The notes under the pieces: generated by a model
Told to the model about the DNA's origin: nothing
Database searches by the model: none
Seen by the model: only the letters and a program-made list of their open reading frames with translations
Shown: positions 21,621-35,869 of the stretch, one piece after another
Layout: each line of letters opens with the position of its first letter
Numbering within the stretch: position 1 is the first letter of the stretch
Program-made: the position numbers and the translations under genes
Assembly (NCBI GenBank): GCA_013239625.1
Contig: MU054212.1
Location: forward strand, 1,178,001-1,242,000
Length of the DNA: 64,000 bases
From: Lama guanicoe
Taxonomy: Eukaryota
Reading direction: 5' to 3'

Positions 21621-24600
21621 AAAGGAAAGAATGGGCTCTGAGAGCAAAGGCCCCTTGCTACCTAGTGCTTGTCTCAGAGTCCCTCCCCTCTCCCCATAGT
21701 GGGTGCTTCACTCTGTACCTCACAAGGCTTGTAAGACTCAGATGAATTCATTCACACCAAACACTTAGAACAGAGCCATGCACGTATTCAGGAGCAATAA
21801 ATGCTGGCTGTGATCATTACTATTACTAAGACACTCAACAGCGCCCGTCCCCCAAGGCTGTGCACAGGCCAGGCGGCTTCAAGGGCAGCTGAGCTGCAAA
21901 GCAGCTGCTCCGAGCGCAGCGTGGCCAACGAGTTCCAAGGGGGCATCTCTGTAGCCTCCACTGTGGGGGCTCTCACCCGGGCCAGAGGTCCCATCTGACT
22001 GTCAGATGGCAGGGTTTGCTCAGTGGTGACATGAACTCTGGTCCCTGACTAGTATGTGACATAAACTGTGCCATTTCTGGCTCAGCTCTTGTTTTCCACA
22101 TGTCACTCTGTTGTGCACAACTGCAGGGTGGGATTTATTTTAAAGGAATTTAAAGGATTTATTCATTAAAGGAATAAAGAACTTTACCTGTAAGTTTGAC
22201 TCTGGATTCCCCCTGCCGCAAACACTAGAATGACTGTTAAACACTTGCTGAGGGTGTAAACGAGGTGCTGGGGTGTGACATTGCATCTCAGCCCTTCTGT
22301 GATTACGGCGGATCAAATGAACCCAGGCCTGGGGACTCCATCTTCCGTCTCTAAAGTGACGCTATATACGTTGCTATACCCTCACATACACCCCCTGAGA
22401 AAATATACAGGCAAGAACGGGGCAGTCAAGTGTTTCCTGGCCACTGGCTGCTCAACACCAGTTAACTAGACTTTATATGAATTAGCAAGTCAATGAAGAA
22501 GTGTATGGTACCCACTCGGGACATCAAGGCACAAAGGACATGGTTTTGCAGTCAATTTAATGGGAAGACTATTTTTTCATCATTTGAAAAGCTCCCCAAA
22601 TTCTAAGAGGTTCTTTGAATACAATTTTGTAATCTAGAATAATTTAACCACCATCCTGCTTCTTTTAGTAACTCAGAACATAAGCATTCAAGGAAGTAAA
22701 AAGGCACGCTTCTGGCCCAGGTAACAGACAGGGAGTGGGAGGGGAAGAAAAACCCCTGAGAGGACACACACACGCATAGGTCCAGACCCCATAAAAACAG
22801 CTTTGCTCAGAAGAGTCTAACATGTTATATAAAATACAGCAATGGACTTGCAGTTTCATTGCGTCTATCAGTTTGTAATTATTATTAAATAATCTTACGA
22901 TTATTATAATTGCTAAAATCTACACTTTCCTGGATATGTAATGAGAAACTCAAGTGATACAAACTGTACTTCCCTCCTGGAAATTCACAGAGACACCATT
23001 TTTCACTAAAAATACAATTAAGTTTGGTATTGGATTCCCTAGATATTGTACGCAACTAATTAGTACTGCATGTATTCCAGTAACTGGGAAAGCAGCAATG
23101 CATATGATGAAGGTCAAGTTTCAGGAAGAAATATGAGCTAGAATACTTTTATCATGGAGAGCTTGAGTCAGCTGGAAAAATTAAGTATTTATGCCAGGTA
23201 ATTCTACCTTGTGACCCAGCTAAAAGCAAAGTTTAAATTTATCCATGCAAATTAACAGCAACCAATGATGAAACTGAAGAAACTCTTAATTGCAGCTGCT
23301 CATCAGCTGACAAACTGAGAAGGAAAAAAAAAGAGAGCGAGAAAAGGCCACTCTGTCACTTGAGCACTATATGAACCACCCAAGGGCAAGGCCAAGTTTG
23401 ATCCCACCTGAAATGAAAAATACTTTATGTATGTAACGCCTAGCATCGTAATGCCCAAGCGTGCAAACATTTCAGACCTGAGTTAGAGACAAAAGCTCAA
23501 CTTAGGTCTTAAGCTAAGTCAGCCAGGAGTGCAACCCGAGTGCTTGCAGGGCTGCCAGGCTCTTCACTGACGGTCCGCTGCTGGCAGCGTCTTGGCTCTG
23601 CTCCTCGGATGTGCCTTCTGCAACGTGAGGCTGGCACCGGATCCTTCCTGCACACCAGCCCTACCTCCCACAGCCATCCTCAGAGATGTGCTACTCAGCA
23701 CCCCCTCTCCACAAGAGGTCCCCGCCATCTGAATCTCCCTGACCATGCCCACAGCAGTCACACCAAGACCTCACAGGACAGCCCTCCTAGGACTCCTCTG
23801 GGTGAGCAGCAGCGTGAAGAAGCCTGCTGCCTCGTGCCTTTTGCTGTTGGTTACACCATTGTCCCTCGGCTCTTACAGACCAGCCCAGGGGACACAACTC
23901 CCAGAAGGGAAAGCGAGGGGTGTCTGCCTGTGAACTGAACCACACTTTGGGAACCGGGGTGCAACCAGTGGTAAAAACAGGTAGAAATAGACATGAAAAG
24001 CTTTGAGGAAAAAGATAAACAGATACTCCTTTCCTATTCTTCCTTGTCTAGCAGCTGAGTATTTCCCGTGTTGGGAGGCCATGTCCTCCTGCCCGACAAC
24101 CCCTGGGTGGGAATGTGCCAGAGCAACGGAAGCCGTGGCTGGACTCGTGGACCAGATCCACGGTCTCCACGCTGCACTCACTCAAGGTAGCCAATGGCCG
24201 TCCAGCTGATATGTGCGCTTTCAGGAAACGGACTTCCAGGTGCTCGCCCTACAAATGCACTCCTACCTAAGAACGGGCAGCCCCAAGAGCGCACCTGCAC
24301 TGGAATCATGCTATTGCTCTTTTCCCAATTCTCTTTTTACAAATGCCCTTCTTTTACTGGGGAGGGAGGAAGACACCCCTTATATGATCCTAAATATCAG
24401 AGTATAGGAGTCTTGCTGAAGTATAAAAACCTTCAGGGCACCAAGTGAAGGGAGGTTCAGAAAATTAATACCGGTATCAACAAAACCTCTTTTAAGTAAG
24501 GCACTATTACTCTGCAGGAGGGCTCCCTGATTTCTCTGCTTCATTTTAGAGAAAGACCTGACATTAGAAGCGGGGTCTTCTGGCCATTTCTCCCATGTCG

Positions 24601-24929
24601 GGATATTCTGACTTCAGATCACTGTAGAATGAGGTGGTAGAGATGACACATTTTGCTTAATTACTTTGCTTCCTCTGCCTCCTGTCCCTTCAAGTGAGTA
24701 TTTATAATGTACCAGTTCTGGCAAAGCTCCAAATCTTAACTAGAGCTGTATCTGTCTTATATTTAGAATTCAAGAATGGGACAGTTGTCACAGAAACATA
24801 TACCAAAATGTTTATCTGAACCCAAAATAACATCACAGTCCTGACAGTGAGCGGACCCAGGATGCGTCTGGCTCTAAGGTTATGTGGTAGTCGTTCTGCT
24901 TCAAGGGAATGAGCTGAAGCTGAGGTTTG

Positions 24930-25870
24930 GAGAGAACAAAATTAAAACTCATGGTCAGATAAAAGCATTTCATGAAAAAATATTATATTGGCAAGGTGTT
25001 TCAGTGAAGAATGTTTCAATTTTCTCAACCGCTTCTCAACACTGCAAGGCATGTCTGAGTGAGAAGACACATTTACAGGAATCGAAGTTGAGAGCCCTGG
25101 TAAAGCTTCTCGGGTACGCTTCCCAGGGACTGAGACGCCCGTGAGTCCAACAGAGGGCAACAAAACCTTCTGTAAGTTAGAGTTCTCCAATGTTATTTCC
25201 AATAATGTTGAAGAAGTCCTAACGGAGTTGTCAACTGTTGGATCAAAAAAAATTATTTTTGACAGGTAATATATTACCACCTGATTTTTGGCATACAGCT
25301 GAGAAAAGGTTAAAGAACTGAATGATATTGCTAGATATTTAAAAAAAAAACCCCACAGACCTCCTACTCCTATCTGTCTATTAATATGAGTGAGGTTTCT
25401 TAATCCTTGAATCTATTAAAAATAAGAACATAATTGTTGCTGAAAATTGTTGTCTCATTCTAGCAAAATATGATATTCATTCTCAGATATCTAAATCCAA
25501 GTGAAAAAAATCCATTTTATGGATAAAATTTATGAAAATGTAACATAAAAGATAAAATGTTACATTTGTTATTTTGATCACTCATATGGTAGTATCTGTA
25601 AGAATAACTTGAAACCTGTAGTACTGAAGTCTTACAGGTACAGAATACAAATTTTTATATGTATTTTTGTGACAGCAAAGTATGATAAGGTAATCAATAA
25701 AAGACCTTCAAAGATGAAAAAATTAGGTCAAGATATTAGTCTACAGTAAATATGGAAAAGAAACGAGTCAAAAGGAGCAAATGGAACTACAATGTTTTCA
25801 ACTCTTAAATTCAAATCTCTACAGAATTTGGCTCTACTGGATGCCTGTAAGAGTGATACAAATACCGAGT
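24930..25870 (+). mobile_element. Degraded hAT-Charlie DNA transposon remnant (C-terminal transposase region)
   Basis: Frame 24884-25144 contains QIKAFHEKILYW, resembling Charlie/Buster transposase KIKAFxxKLxLW. ttgttgctgaaaattgttgtctcattctagcaa resembles the Charlie7-type 3' part as recalled. Confidence 0.5.
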
Positions 25871-27859
25871 TTTTAAAGTGAAAATGTTGTAATATAAGAG
25901 ATCTTCATCATCTCTTGTAATAATCCAACACTGATATTCTATGACTCCAAGATACCACATGTGGCCTTGGGGGCAGACGCCTTCTCCAATTTTGGGCCCG
26001 GATACCTCGCTGCCTCACCCTGCTGCTGGCCCTGGTTTCCAAAGTCACTAAGGATGGACACCTAAGGCCTAGCCTCTGAGTGAGTCCTGCTGAAAAATCC
26101 TAAAGGGATAGGAGAGAAGAGGGGAAAGAAAATAGGGGAAACAGAGGACAATGGATTAAGAGATTAGAGTCCTTTAACCAAAGGACAATGGGAGTAAAGA
26201 AGTAAGGAACAAAAAATTCAAACGACTACCCGATATCAGTATTCACTCTGAGCTGGGAATCTGTCTGGTAAATGCTTCAATCACACAAAGATTTAGGATT
26301 GAATTCCAGTTATGGACAGTATTCATTTCACGTAGTATAACCCAACAGTGGGTAACATAATCCTGTCCAAAACAGATTGGGAGAAAAAAGGGTGTCATTA
26401 GTTTTGGAAATCTAAGTCTCTATATTCTTTTCTAGAAAAAAGCAAAGGTAAATGTGTGCGTATGTGCCAGTGGAGGAGGATGGGCAAGGTCAGCCCGGCC
26501 GGAGGAGGTGCGGCAGGGCACTGAGGCCCAGGATGACGCCCGCCTGAAGAAGACACTGACTTCCCTTCCTGATGAGGAAGGAATCACATGAGACCATACC
26601 TGCCAGATAAGCACCTATCATGAGCTTTTAAAAAGCATGTCTTCCAAACAGTGATACTTGGCCATAGAATTATACCATCATAAATGAGGGGCTGAGTGTG
26701 GACCTGGGCGGTTTCCAGAAGGACGCTCACCCACCCAACTCTCACCTGGCGTGCTCCTCAAGCCGACAGAGACATCATGAAAAGCTCTGTTTCCATGATC
26801 GCATTTCCTCCGCTACTTTAAAGACTTATTATTATGAAATTAAGACACTGGGAATGTGAAGCTACAGGAAGAGTCAGCTGAAGGGTATGTGTGTGGCTTC
26901 TCTGACTGAGATTTACCCGCACAGAAAGGACCTGAAGTGTTTGGATCGTTAAGCGTAACAGAATCACAAAAGTGCAGCGGGGGATTTTTCTTTTTTTAAA
27001 GTGCCTTCACTATGAAGTATAATAAAATCTATGGATACTAACATTTTCCCATTTTTGATCTATTATCTTTCGGGAGGTAGGAGGCAGATATTGGAGGGGT
27101 CGATACCAAAAATTACTTTTAAAATTTTTATTCTAGTGATGTTACTTGCATTTCTCTCTCAAGAATAAACTGTACTTTAATCTCTGTGGTTGCTCAACAC
27201 TTACACCTTGACTGTTTCTGCTGCCCATGAGAGCGGGGCCCACGACAGAGCCCAAGAACATGGCCTCCAAGTGCCACACGACTGCTCCTCAGTCCACGTT
27301 ATAAGTGTTCCTCTAGGACGTTAGTCTCTGATAAAACCTCAGCAGAAAACATTTTCCCAAAATATTACCTCCCCTGCTGATCTTTCTCTGTGACTTTATT
27401 CAGTAACTTCTAGGGATACAAGTTTGAAAACATCCCGTGGTACCCTTTCAATCCAAACAGCTCTGCTTTTATTTATGATTCAGCTAAGTGTTTATCTGTA
27501 CAAACAGTCCTGCACCTAAAAGTAAAAGTAAAATCATTCCTCTACAGAAACAGTATCTTTCTAAGCATGACAGGTACAAGCCAACATTTCTATCATTTAA
27601 GAGAATGGTTAGTCTCCATTCAGAAAGAATGCTTGCTTTAGACATAAACTAGACGATTATTGGTCACTAGCCTGAACAAACTCATGACACTGCGACTAAC
27701 TCTCACACCCAGTGAGACAGGAGGTGGTAGGAGACAGACTGAAGCAAGAGAAATACAGAAACTGTGCTTTCCCTGACGGCCAAAAAGACTAAACCACACC
27801 TGCAGTTTTCATACAAATTTTGCTGACCAAACAGCCTTAGACAGACGTGGCACCAATTC

Positions 27860-28075
27860 GACAGCAACTGGGGGTTTCACTCATTCGCAGGTTACGAAAT
27901 CAATTTAATGAGCTGGAATCAGCATTAATCTAATCTAACAGAAAACATTTGTTGTAACGATGAGCATTCTTCTGTGAAACTGGTTGTAATTTTATGCACA
28001 CACACACAGAGGTACGTATTTACATTTTGGATCACAATGATTAATATGTCAACTAAGGGTCTGAAAAATGTTTGT
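27860..28075. mobile_element. Charlie4z-like hAT fragment
   Basis: ggttacgaaatcaatttaatgagctggaatcagcatt; a related copy lies at about 37900-38105. Confidence 0.4.
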
Positions 28076-28409
28076 TTTTTTTTTTTGACTACTTAGAACA
28101 ATTATTTATTTACTTGGCTTAAGGAATGATAATGGCTCATACTTTTGTCTAAGTATGCATAATGATTTGCATTGAATGAGTAATATTCAAATTAACAATT
28201 GTTGAACCAAATATATTTTGAATGCCTATTTTATGTTTTGAAAAATGTTAACTCAGTAGAACACAAGTGTTAATTTTTGTCCTGAAGATTTCAGTTCTTA
28301 AGAGACTAATATACATAATTGACATTTTATTTAAGAATATTTACATTTGCCTTGAGACATCTGGTTTGTCAAAATAAAATCAGAGCCCAGGTGTTCTGAT
28401 TCTCAGCTA

Positions 28410-28625
28410 ATAATAATACTGAGTACTAAGCTAAATCATGGTCTGTCCGAGACATTTTACATAAATTATCTTATTTATCTCTCAACACACCTATAAAGCG
28501 CAAATTATTCTCCTAATTTTACACAGGAGGAAGTGCTACTCAGGGAGGCATGGCAACTTGCCCAGGGTCTCACAGATGGGGGCCAGCAAGGCTGGGATGA
28601 ATCTCATTACCCAGCTACAGAAAGC
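28410..28625 (-). mobile_element. MIR SINE
   Basis: attttacacaggaggaagtgctactcagggagg...aacttgcccagggtctcacag. Confidence 0.65.
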
Positions 28626-29566
28626 TTAGCCGAATTACTCTCCACATAGGAGGATAAGAATATTTGTTTAAAATAAATGTTTCTGGGATTAGCATCTTGG
28701 AAATTACATTTAGGAAGTCTCAGATCACCCTACCCCATGCAGAGAACAGGGACAATCGAAAAATGCCAAAGTGGGCACACCAGCAGCTAAAAGGGTTTCA
28801 AGCACCAGAATGAAAATGTTTAGAAAGTGACTGTGCTTCTCAGTATGAGGAAACTTCTTGGAGTACTCCCAGGTTGTACCCTAAATTGCAAAATTAAGAA
28901 AGGTAATGTCCAGGCAGATTCTTTAGCAGCTCAGGACTCATATGCTTTTAAATTTTCACCATTCTAGTTGTTCAAAGGCCATGCAAGAAGGATTAAGAGA
29001 ACTTTACTCACAATTCTAGCCTGACTGATACCAGGTTGGTGATGTGGACTACTCTTTCAAGGAACCCAAGGATTTACGTGATAGTAAATTTCGCCAACTG
29101 CTGCCCTCCCCCCAAAACTCAGATCCACCTGCACAGGTAACAAAGCAGAGACACATTCCAAGTAGCTAATGCATACCACATTTACAGATTCAAAGTACAC
29201 AAACCTGCTCTGTACACAGATGCGTAAGTGAAATTATATTCTACACTGCGGGAAGTCTGTTCTTTCTGAGAGAATTTCTAGGTAATTCTATGGGAAATAC
29301 AAATATGGAGAGACAAGAGGAAAGAACATTTTCTGTTCCTATTTCCTCACAATGAAAAGTCACATTAAAGTCGTATCAAATGGCATAAAGAGTGGTTAAA
29401 ATTCTGTCAGGAAAACCTAGTATAAGAATTTTCCTTATTTCTGATCCTCAAAAGTTTCCATGAACACTGCTGTGCATCGCTTGTAGGCCGACATTAAGAT
29501 TCCCTTCCAATGGATATGCATGGAACACATACCAGCTCAATACTGTAGAACACAGAGTTAACTTAC

Positions 29567-29642
29567 CATTCCAATGCATTTTCTGAGGATGCTCCAGATA
29601 CTGAAGTCATTTCTGGAAAACATAGGGGAAGGCAAGCTTGTT
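29567..29642 (-). CDS. OSBPL1A: OSBPL1A exon: (R)TSLPSPMFSRNDFSIWSILRKCIGM (start of ORD, lid region)
   Basis: tttttccag|A ... ATG|gtaagt, 76 nt, phases 2/0. Confidence 0.96.
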
Positions 29643-29772
29643 CTGGAAAAAGAAAAGAAAAACGAAGATTTAATTTTAATGCCAGTGACGTTAGGGGAAA
29701 ACAGCTATTGTCATTCATATGAAAGCCACAGGCATACACGTATAGAGACACCATAAAAATCTGCATCGTATA

Positions 29773-30807
29773 CAAATGACCAGCAGGCAGATGACAAGCT
29801 ACTCAGGATCACCAGTCATTAGGGGCATGCTAAATAAAATCACAATGAGCTATTTATCACCTCACGCCTGTTAGAATGGCTATCACCAAAAAGACAGGGG
29901 ATTACAAAAAACACTGTGCACTGTTGGTGGGGCTGTAAACTGGTACAGCCACTGTAGAAAACAGTATGGAGGTCCCTCAAAAAACTAAAATTAAACTACC
30001 ATATGATCCAGCAATTCCACTCCTGGGAATATATTAAAAGGAAATGAAAATACTAACTTAAATAGATGTCTGCCCCCTCATGTTTACAACAGCACTATTT
30101 ACAATAGCCAAGACATGGAAACAACCGTAAGTGTCCACTGATGGATGACTAGATCAAGAAGTTGTGGTATATGTGTGTGTGTGTATGTGTGTGTATATGT
30201 ACATACATACACACCGTAACTTCATGCTTTACACGCATACCACACGCATACACAATGAAATATTATTTGGCTATTAAAAATGAGGAAATCCTACCATTTG
30301 CAACAAAATGAATGGACCTTGAAGGTATTATGCTAAGTGAAATAAGTCAGACAGAGAAAGACAAATACTGCATGATCTCACTTACACATGGAATCTAATA
30401 ACAACAACAAAAAAACCCCAACATCAACTCACAGAAAAAAGATCTGATTTGTGGTTGCCAAAGGCAGGGGTTGGCAGGAAAGTAAATTAAAGGAAGGTGG
30501 TCAAAAAGTACAAACTTCCAATTATAAGATAAATAAGTACTAGTGATGTAATGTACAACATGCTGACTAGAGGTAACACTGTAAGACAGACATAAATGAG
30601 ACATATATGGGAAAGCTGGTGAGAGTAGCTCCTAACAGTTCTCATCACAGAGAAAAAAAATGTTTTTCTTTTTACTGCACCTGTATAGGATGATGGATGT
30701 TAACCAAATCTACTGTGGTAATCATTTCACGGTACGTGTAAATCAAACCATTGTGCTGTACACCTTAAACAGTGATGTCTATTGTTTCTCAATAAAACTG
30801 GGAAAAA
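29773..30807 (+). mobile_element. 5'-truncated L1 (L1MA9-like): ORF2 C-terminus plus 3'UTR with an internal (TG)/(CA) microsatellite
   Basis: cacctcacgcctgttagaatggctatca; accatatgatccagcaattccactcctggg; tgctaagtgaaataagtcagacagagaaagacaaatactg; ends ctcaataaaactgggaaaaa. Confidence 0.92.
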
Positions 30808-31474
30808 CGTGCATCTTCATAGGCTAAAATAGGGTCAACCTGGGGCTGTATCCTTCAGGGCTATTCTGGCCCCTGAAAAATTTCACAGCAGGTCAACCTG
30901 CCCTACGGCTTCAGTACTATCAGATCTGAATTCTCCTAGTCCTCCTGTTTTGATGCCCAGCTGTTTGGACCACCTCAGAGGTACGCTGTCCTTTCATGTA
31001 CTAACCTGTCTGATGCTGCTGTTTGGTTCAAGACAGACCTACCATATTCTGATACTCAATAAACCACTTAGCTGTTAAATAATGTAAACAAAAATGCTTA
31101 AGGTTTTTAAGAAATGAAATGGGAAAATGCAAACAATTCTAAAAGCCAAAGTAAATTTTAGGCCCAAAGACACTGACATTGGACATAACTCAGCAACTCT
31201 GGATATACTGGGAGACCTTTGCAAATTAACCTCTACAGAAGGGGCATTTCTAACACCTCTCCAGGGCCTGGAAAGTAGCCAGAAGAAGGGTGGCTGTTAG
31301 CAGCAAAGGGTTTGTGGCCTGGCTTCCTGGGGCCTCAGCACCTCCGGGGGAGGGGTGGGAGGGGCCCAGTACCACTTCCTGAAACACCCTTATGGTAAGA
31401 TAATGCCTTCTTTTCATTATCTTAGGTTATGGTGAGGGATGCTGATTTTCCAGGTGCTGTTTGAAACATACGCA

Positions 31475-31672
31475 TGTATAGAATAGATAAACAAGATTAT
31501 ACTGTATAGCACACGGAAATATATACAAGATCTTATGGTAACTCACAGCAGAAAAAAAATGTAACAATGAATATATGTATGTTCAGGAATAACTGAAAAA
31601 TTGTGCTCTACACTGGAATTTGACACAACACTGTAAAATGACTATAGCTCAATAAAAAATGTTTAAAAAAAA
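31475..31672 (+). mobile_element. Young camelid-type L1 3' end
   Basis: tagaatagataaacaagattatactgtatagcac...aaaattgtgctctacactggaatttgacacaacactgtaaaatgactata plus A-tail. Confidence 0.85.
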
Positions 31673-33417
31673 CCCCATGTAAGTAAAATATTAAAGAAAA
31701 TGTTAAATTAAAATTTTTACCTTCTAAAGAACCTCTGTTCTATAAACTACTTTGCGTTACAGAAGTTAATAAAATTCTCAGTTTTTAAACACGTAATATT
31801 TTAAGATCCTCCATGGTAAAATTCTTCCGATTCTTCTTTTTCAGGAACACACAATGCTCATTTGGCAGATCTGGCTTCTAACAGTCGGCTGGGTAAGTGG
31901 CCACAGATGGTATTTAAATCACAGTCTCTACAGTCCAAGACCATCAATCTCTGTGACGTGAACAAGTGAATTCAGGGACAGAACCCACGCCATTATCTAC
32001 CATTTGCATGTATAACACAGTTTTAGAGACATATACAAACTAAATTTCTCATCTCCTGTCTATGAAACAGTCAGTCAGAAGTGTAACATATAACTAGGAA
32101 GCTATGAGCCCGACATAAGCTTTGTGAAGCCTGAATGAGGGGCTGTAATTCCCCCCAACAAATGCTTACATTAAATGTATATGTATGTTACTACTCTGAT
32201 GTTAAGGGGAAGAACAGCAGAAAAACAAATATTTTGGAAGAAAGCAGAAGAGAAGAGACATTCAAGCTTTATTTTTATCTCCAATTTAGAAATCATCTCA
32301 GGGCTGCCAGCCAAGAATCCCACCCAGAAATACCCTATACTCACTCTCCTGCATGTAACTCTCCATGGTGCTTTATGAAATGTAATGACGACTCATTAAT
32401 GAGGAAGCCAGGTTACCGGCAACATGAATGATCTACCCTGGAACACAGCCAGAAAGCAGGGGTGAAGGGGACTGGAAAAGGAGAAAGGCCATCACAAAGT
32501 CAGGGCTGTACTCTTGTGTAGGACACGCAGCGCCAAATGCACACCCTCCTTCCGATCACGAGGCGGGCAGCAGCGCACCGATCAGAAGCAGCAAGGGGAA
32601 CGCTGGCCATGCAGAAGCCAGGCCGGTAAATGACCTCAGGGCTGCTGACCGCATCTAAATCGATAGCATGATGAGGCTGCCAAAAGGAGAACAGAGCCAG
32701 AATATTCCCAAGGGCAGCTCTGCCAGAGCTGGGATCCAGACCTGTGCACCACTCTGAAAAGGAACCTTAACACCCTCACACAGGAGGCCGGGCAAAGGTG
32801 TGTGGAGAACATCTCTCATTAGCAATGGCTGGAGGAAATGTGTAGCCTAGAAGAAACTGGAGGTCTGGGGGACACTGGGTGTGATGGAGACCTTGGGGTA
32901 TTAGAGGACAGGGCCGGGATGCAGGAGCAACACCCCCATCACCCATCCCCGCCGGCAGTCCCCGCACACCTTTCCCTCCACCACACTGATCAACTCATGA
33001 CGCACCGCAGGTCTCCTGTGTACTTCCTGATCACGGCCCCCAAGGAGTAGGTAAGCTTCTGGAGAACACACGTTTCACCTATTGCTCTATCCTGGTGCCC
33101 GGGACAAGGCCTAACACAGAGGAGGAGTTTAAGTACTTGCTGAATGAGCTTAAGAATCTGTAAGGCCTTCTGGTACACGTTACCTCGTTCATGATGAATC
33201 CTGTTTATCCTGTGCTGCTCCAGAGCTCAGGACTAGGCCCACTGGTGGAAGTTACAGGACAGCTGACATGAAGACCTATCTTATAATCAATTCCAAATAG
33301 GGGAGACAAGAGAGTCTCATTAAGGAAGGGTTTCAAACAGATGTTAGGGAATCCCTTTCAGTCAGGGCCCAGAAAGCCACTCCTGCACTGGGCGGGAAGT
33401 TGGTCTCCATCACCTAA

Positions 33418-33514
33418 GCCAAGATGTGGCTAAACACCCCACACGGAACAAGACAGGCCCCCACAACAAATTACCCAGTCCCAAATGTCAGTAGTGCCAA
33501 AGCCGAGAAGCCTG
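33418..33514 (+). mobile_element. MER20 3' half
   Basis: gctaaacacccc...cccccacaacaaa...caaatgtcagtagtgccaaagccgagaagcctg. Confidence 0.7.
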
Positions 33515-33515
33515 T

Positions 33516-33987
33516 CATAGAAATATGAGAGCTTCACAGATAATTTAAAATTTTGTAGTGGCTATATATTTTTTTTAAAAAGTAAAAGGAAACAAGATAA
33601 ATTAATTTTAATACTATATTTTACTTAGTATGTCCAAAATATTAGCATTTCAACATGTAATCGATATAAAAATATTAATGAGATATTTTATACTATTTTC
33701 CCATTCCACATCTTCAAAATCCAGTGTGTATTTTACACTTCAGAGCGCACCTCAGTTTAGCTACTGTATGTTTAACAAAGTGAAATGTAGTCTTACCAAA
33801 GCAATCAAGTTCCGTTTAATGGCAAAATATTTTATACTGCTTCATTGTTAAACTATATTACAAAATTAACATAATAAACCTGTATTAATTAGAATTAAAT
33901 GAGACCAAAAATTCAGTTTGGCAGTCACACTAGCCATCTACCAAGCGCACAAAAACCACCTGTGGCTAGTGGCTACTATTGGACATT
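33516..33987. mobile_element. MER33/Charlie1-derived hAT element
   Basis: aatttaaaattttgtagtggc...caaaatattagcatttcaacatgtaatc...cagtgtgtattttacactt...cacctgtggctagtggctactattggaca. Confidence 0.8.
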
Positions 33988-35869
33988 ATGGATTTCTGTG
34001 ATTACTTCTGAAAACAAAAGGATAGTACTGCTCTAAGATTATGGGGGAAGAGCAAAGAATTGCTCAATTATAAGAGTCTAAAGTCAATGAGAGACAAGAG
34101 TCCACAGCATAATCATCAGGAAAATGCTAAACCTGCGATATATTTAAAGTAGAGGGAAAAGTTCTTTTAATTAGGTATATTAAAAAATGTTTTAAGGAAT
34201 TTGTACTGAAAAGGACGTGGTTCTGTATTTTAAGTTTTCACTCCCTCCACTGATGGGGGGAGAAAAAGAATTCCCTAACGATGCTGGATGGGGAGGTATT
34301 ACTCCAGGCAGAAATAAGAACAGTGGAGAGCTAGCACCAGACTTTCCAGGCTGAAAGCATAGATCAATTATTCTCTTCCCTTCGAGTTTATCTGAGAGTC
34401 ATTATCCTGAATTCTATGCTTCCTTTTTTCCTTCCCACAGAGAGAAAACACGCTGTACCAGGGACTGAGAGTGATATGCCCTGGTTCTATTTTCAGCCAT
34501 ACAGATGCCATTATGACTATCCACACAACACCACAATAACTGGTCTTTAAGTGAAGGTCCCATCGCAGTAGTTTTCTCTCTGTGATGCACACGGCTCAGC
34601 TGGGGGCCCCGCCATCACTCCCTGCTGCACAGGGTTGTACCCAGAGCCCAAGATGAACCAAATTAACTTGGGCAGTGTGACTGACAAACGCTGCGCTGGA
34701 ATCCCCCTTCCTCTGAAAAGGCTGTGCAAGTTCAGGGGATCGCTGTCCCCCAGATCTCTGGGAGATGCTTTTGGATGGCAGACACTATATGGGAGGCTGA
34801 GCCTGACGGAGCCTCTCAGACGCATGTGAACTGTGCAGATGCTCTCAGTCCCCCAGGCCACGTAGGGCCATGGCCTGCCCGCTCCTGCCCACAGACGGCT
34901 GGGTTAGACAGACACTGTGCGCTCGTGGAGACCCTCCGACCGAGAGTAGAGAAGGATTATTACAAAGCCAGCTTCGGCTGGAATCGGCTGCCTGAGGTTT
35001 CAGGTGTGCTTCTGTTTTCATGAGGCCGCTGAGCTGTGCTGGGGCCCCGTCTGAGGATGTCCATAGCCCACCGAACACCAGCACGCGCGGGTGGGCGTCT
35101 TTCACTTGGAGGAGGGGAGAGAAGGAAGCAGGGCCGCAGCTCGGGCTCCTGCCTCGGCCACCCCCAGTCCAGACTACACGGCTGGACAAGCTGCCTGAGT
35201 TGGCAGCTAGATCTGTGCTAAGTAATGCCTGGGACAGAGAGAGTCTCTGGGAAATGAAGTTTCAGTTTTCTTACCTGTACATTGGTTTTTAAAGAATTAA
35301 AAAGATTCTTCGTTATTTTCACAAAGTACAGACATATTGAGATGAAAACATTCGCAGTCACTGGTGATATCATCTGCCCACTGATTTTAGCTTCTCAATA
35401 TATAAGAGCTCCTTGTATATTATAAATACTTTATTCACCACCTATACTGCAAATAACTTTTTCCAAGTCTAACACTGGTCTTCTGATTCTGCTTATGGTG
35501 TAATTTGCCAAAACCAAACTTACCTGCCTGGGAAGACTATATATGTTATGATCATAATGTATATGTGAAACTCTAAATAAACATCTATCTTCCAGTATTT
35601 TCCCTATGGACAAGATAAAACCACTTCCCAGTCCTATTAATAGTCAAGCCAGAAAAAAAGGCAAATCTCTTCACTCATATAAAGTTTTGTAATCTCATTC
35701 TTATGCTTTTAGAAATTCAAGTTCTGTATCAAAACCAAGGCAACACAGAATATAAACAATCTTCATGAGCATTTACCACACGGAAGTAAACATAATTACA
35801 CGGGGTAACAAGTATGCGCTCATTTGTCAGATTACAAAATAATACGTTATTATATATCAGGTCAAACAA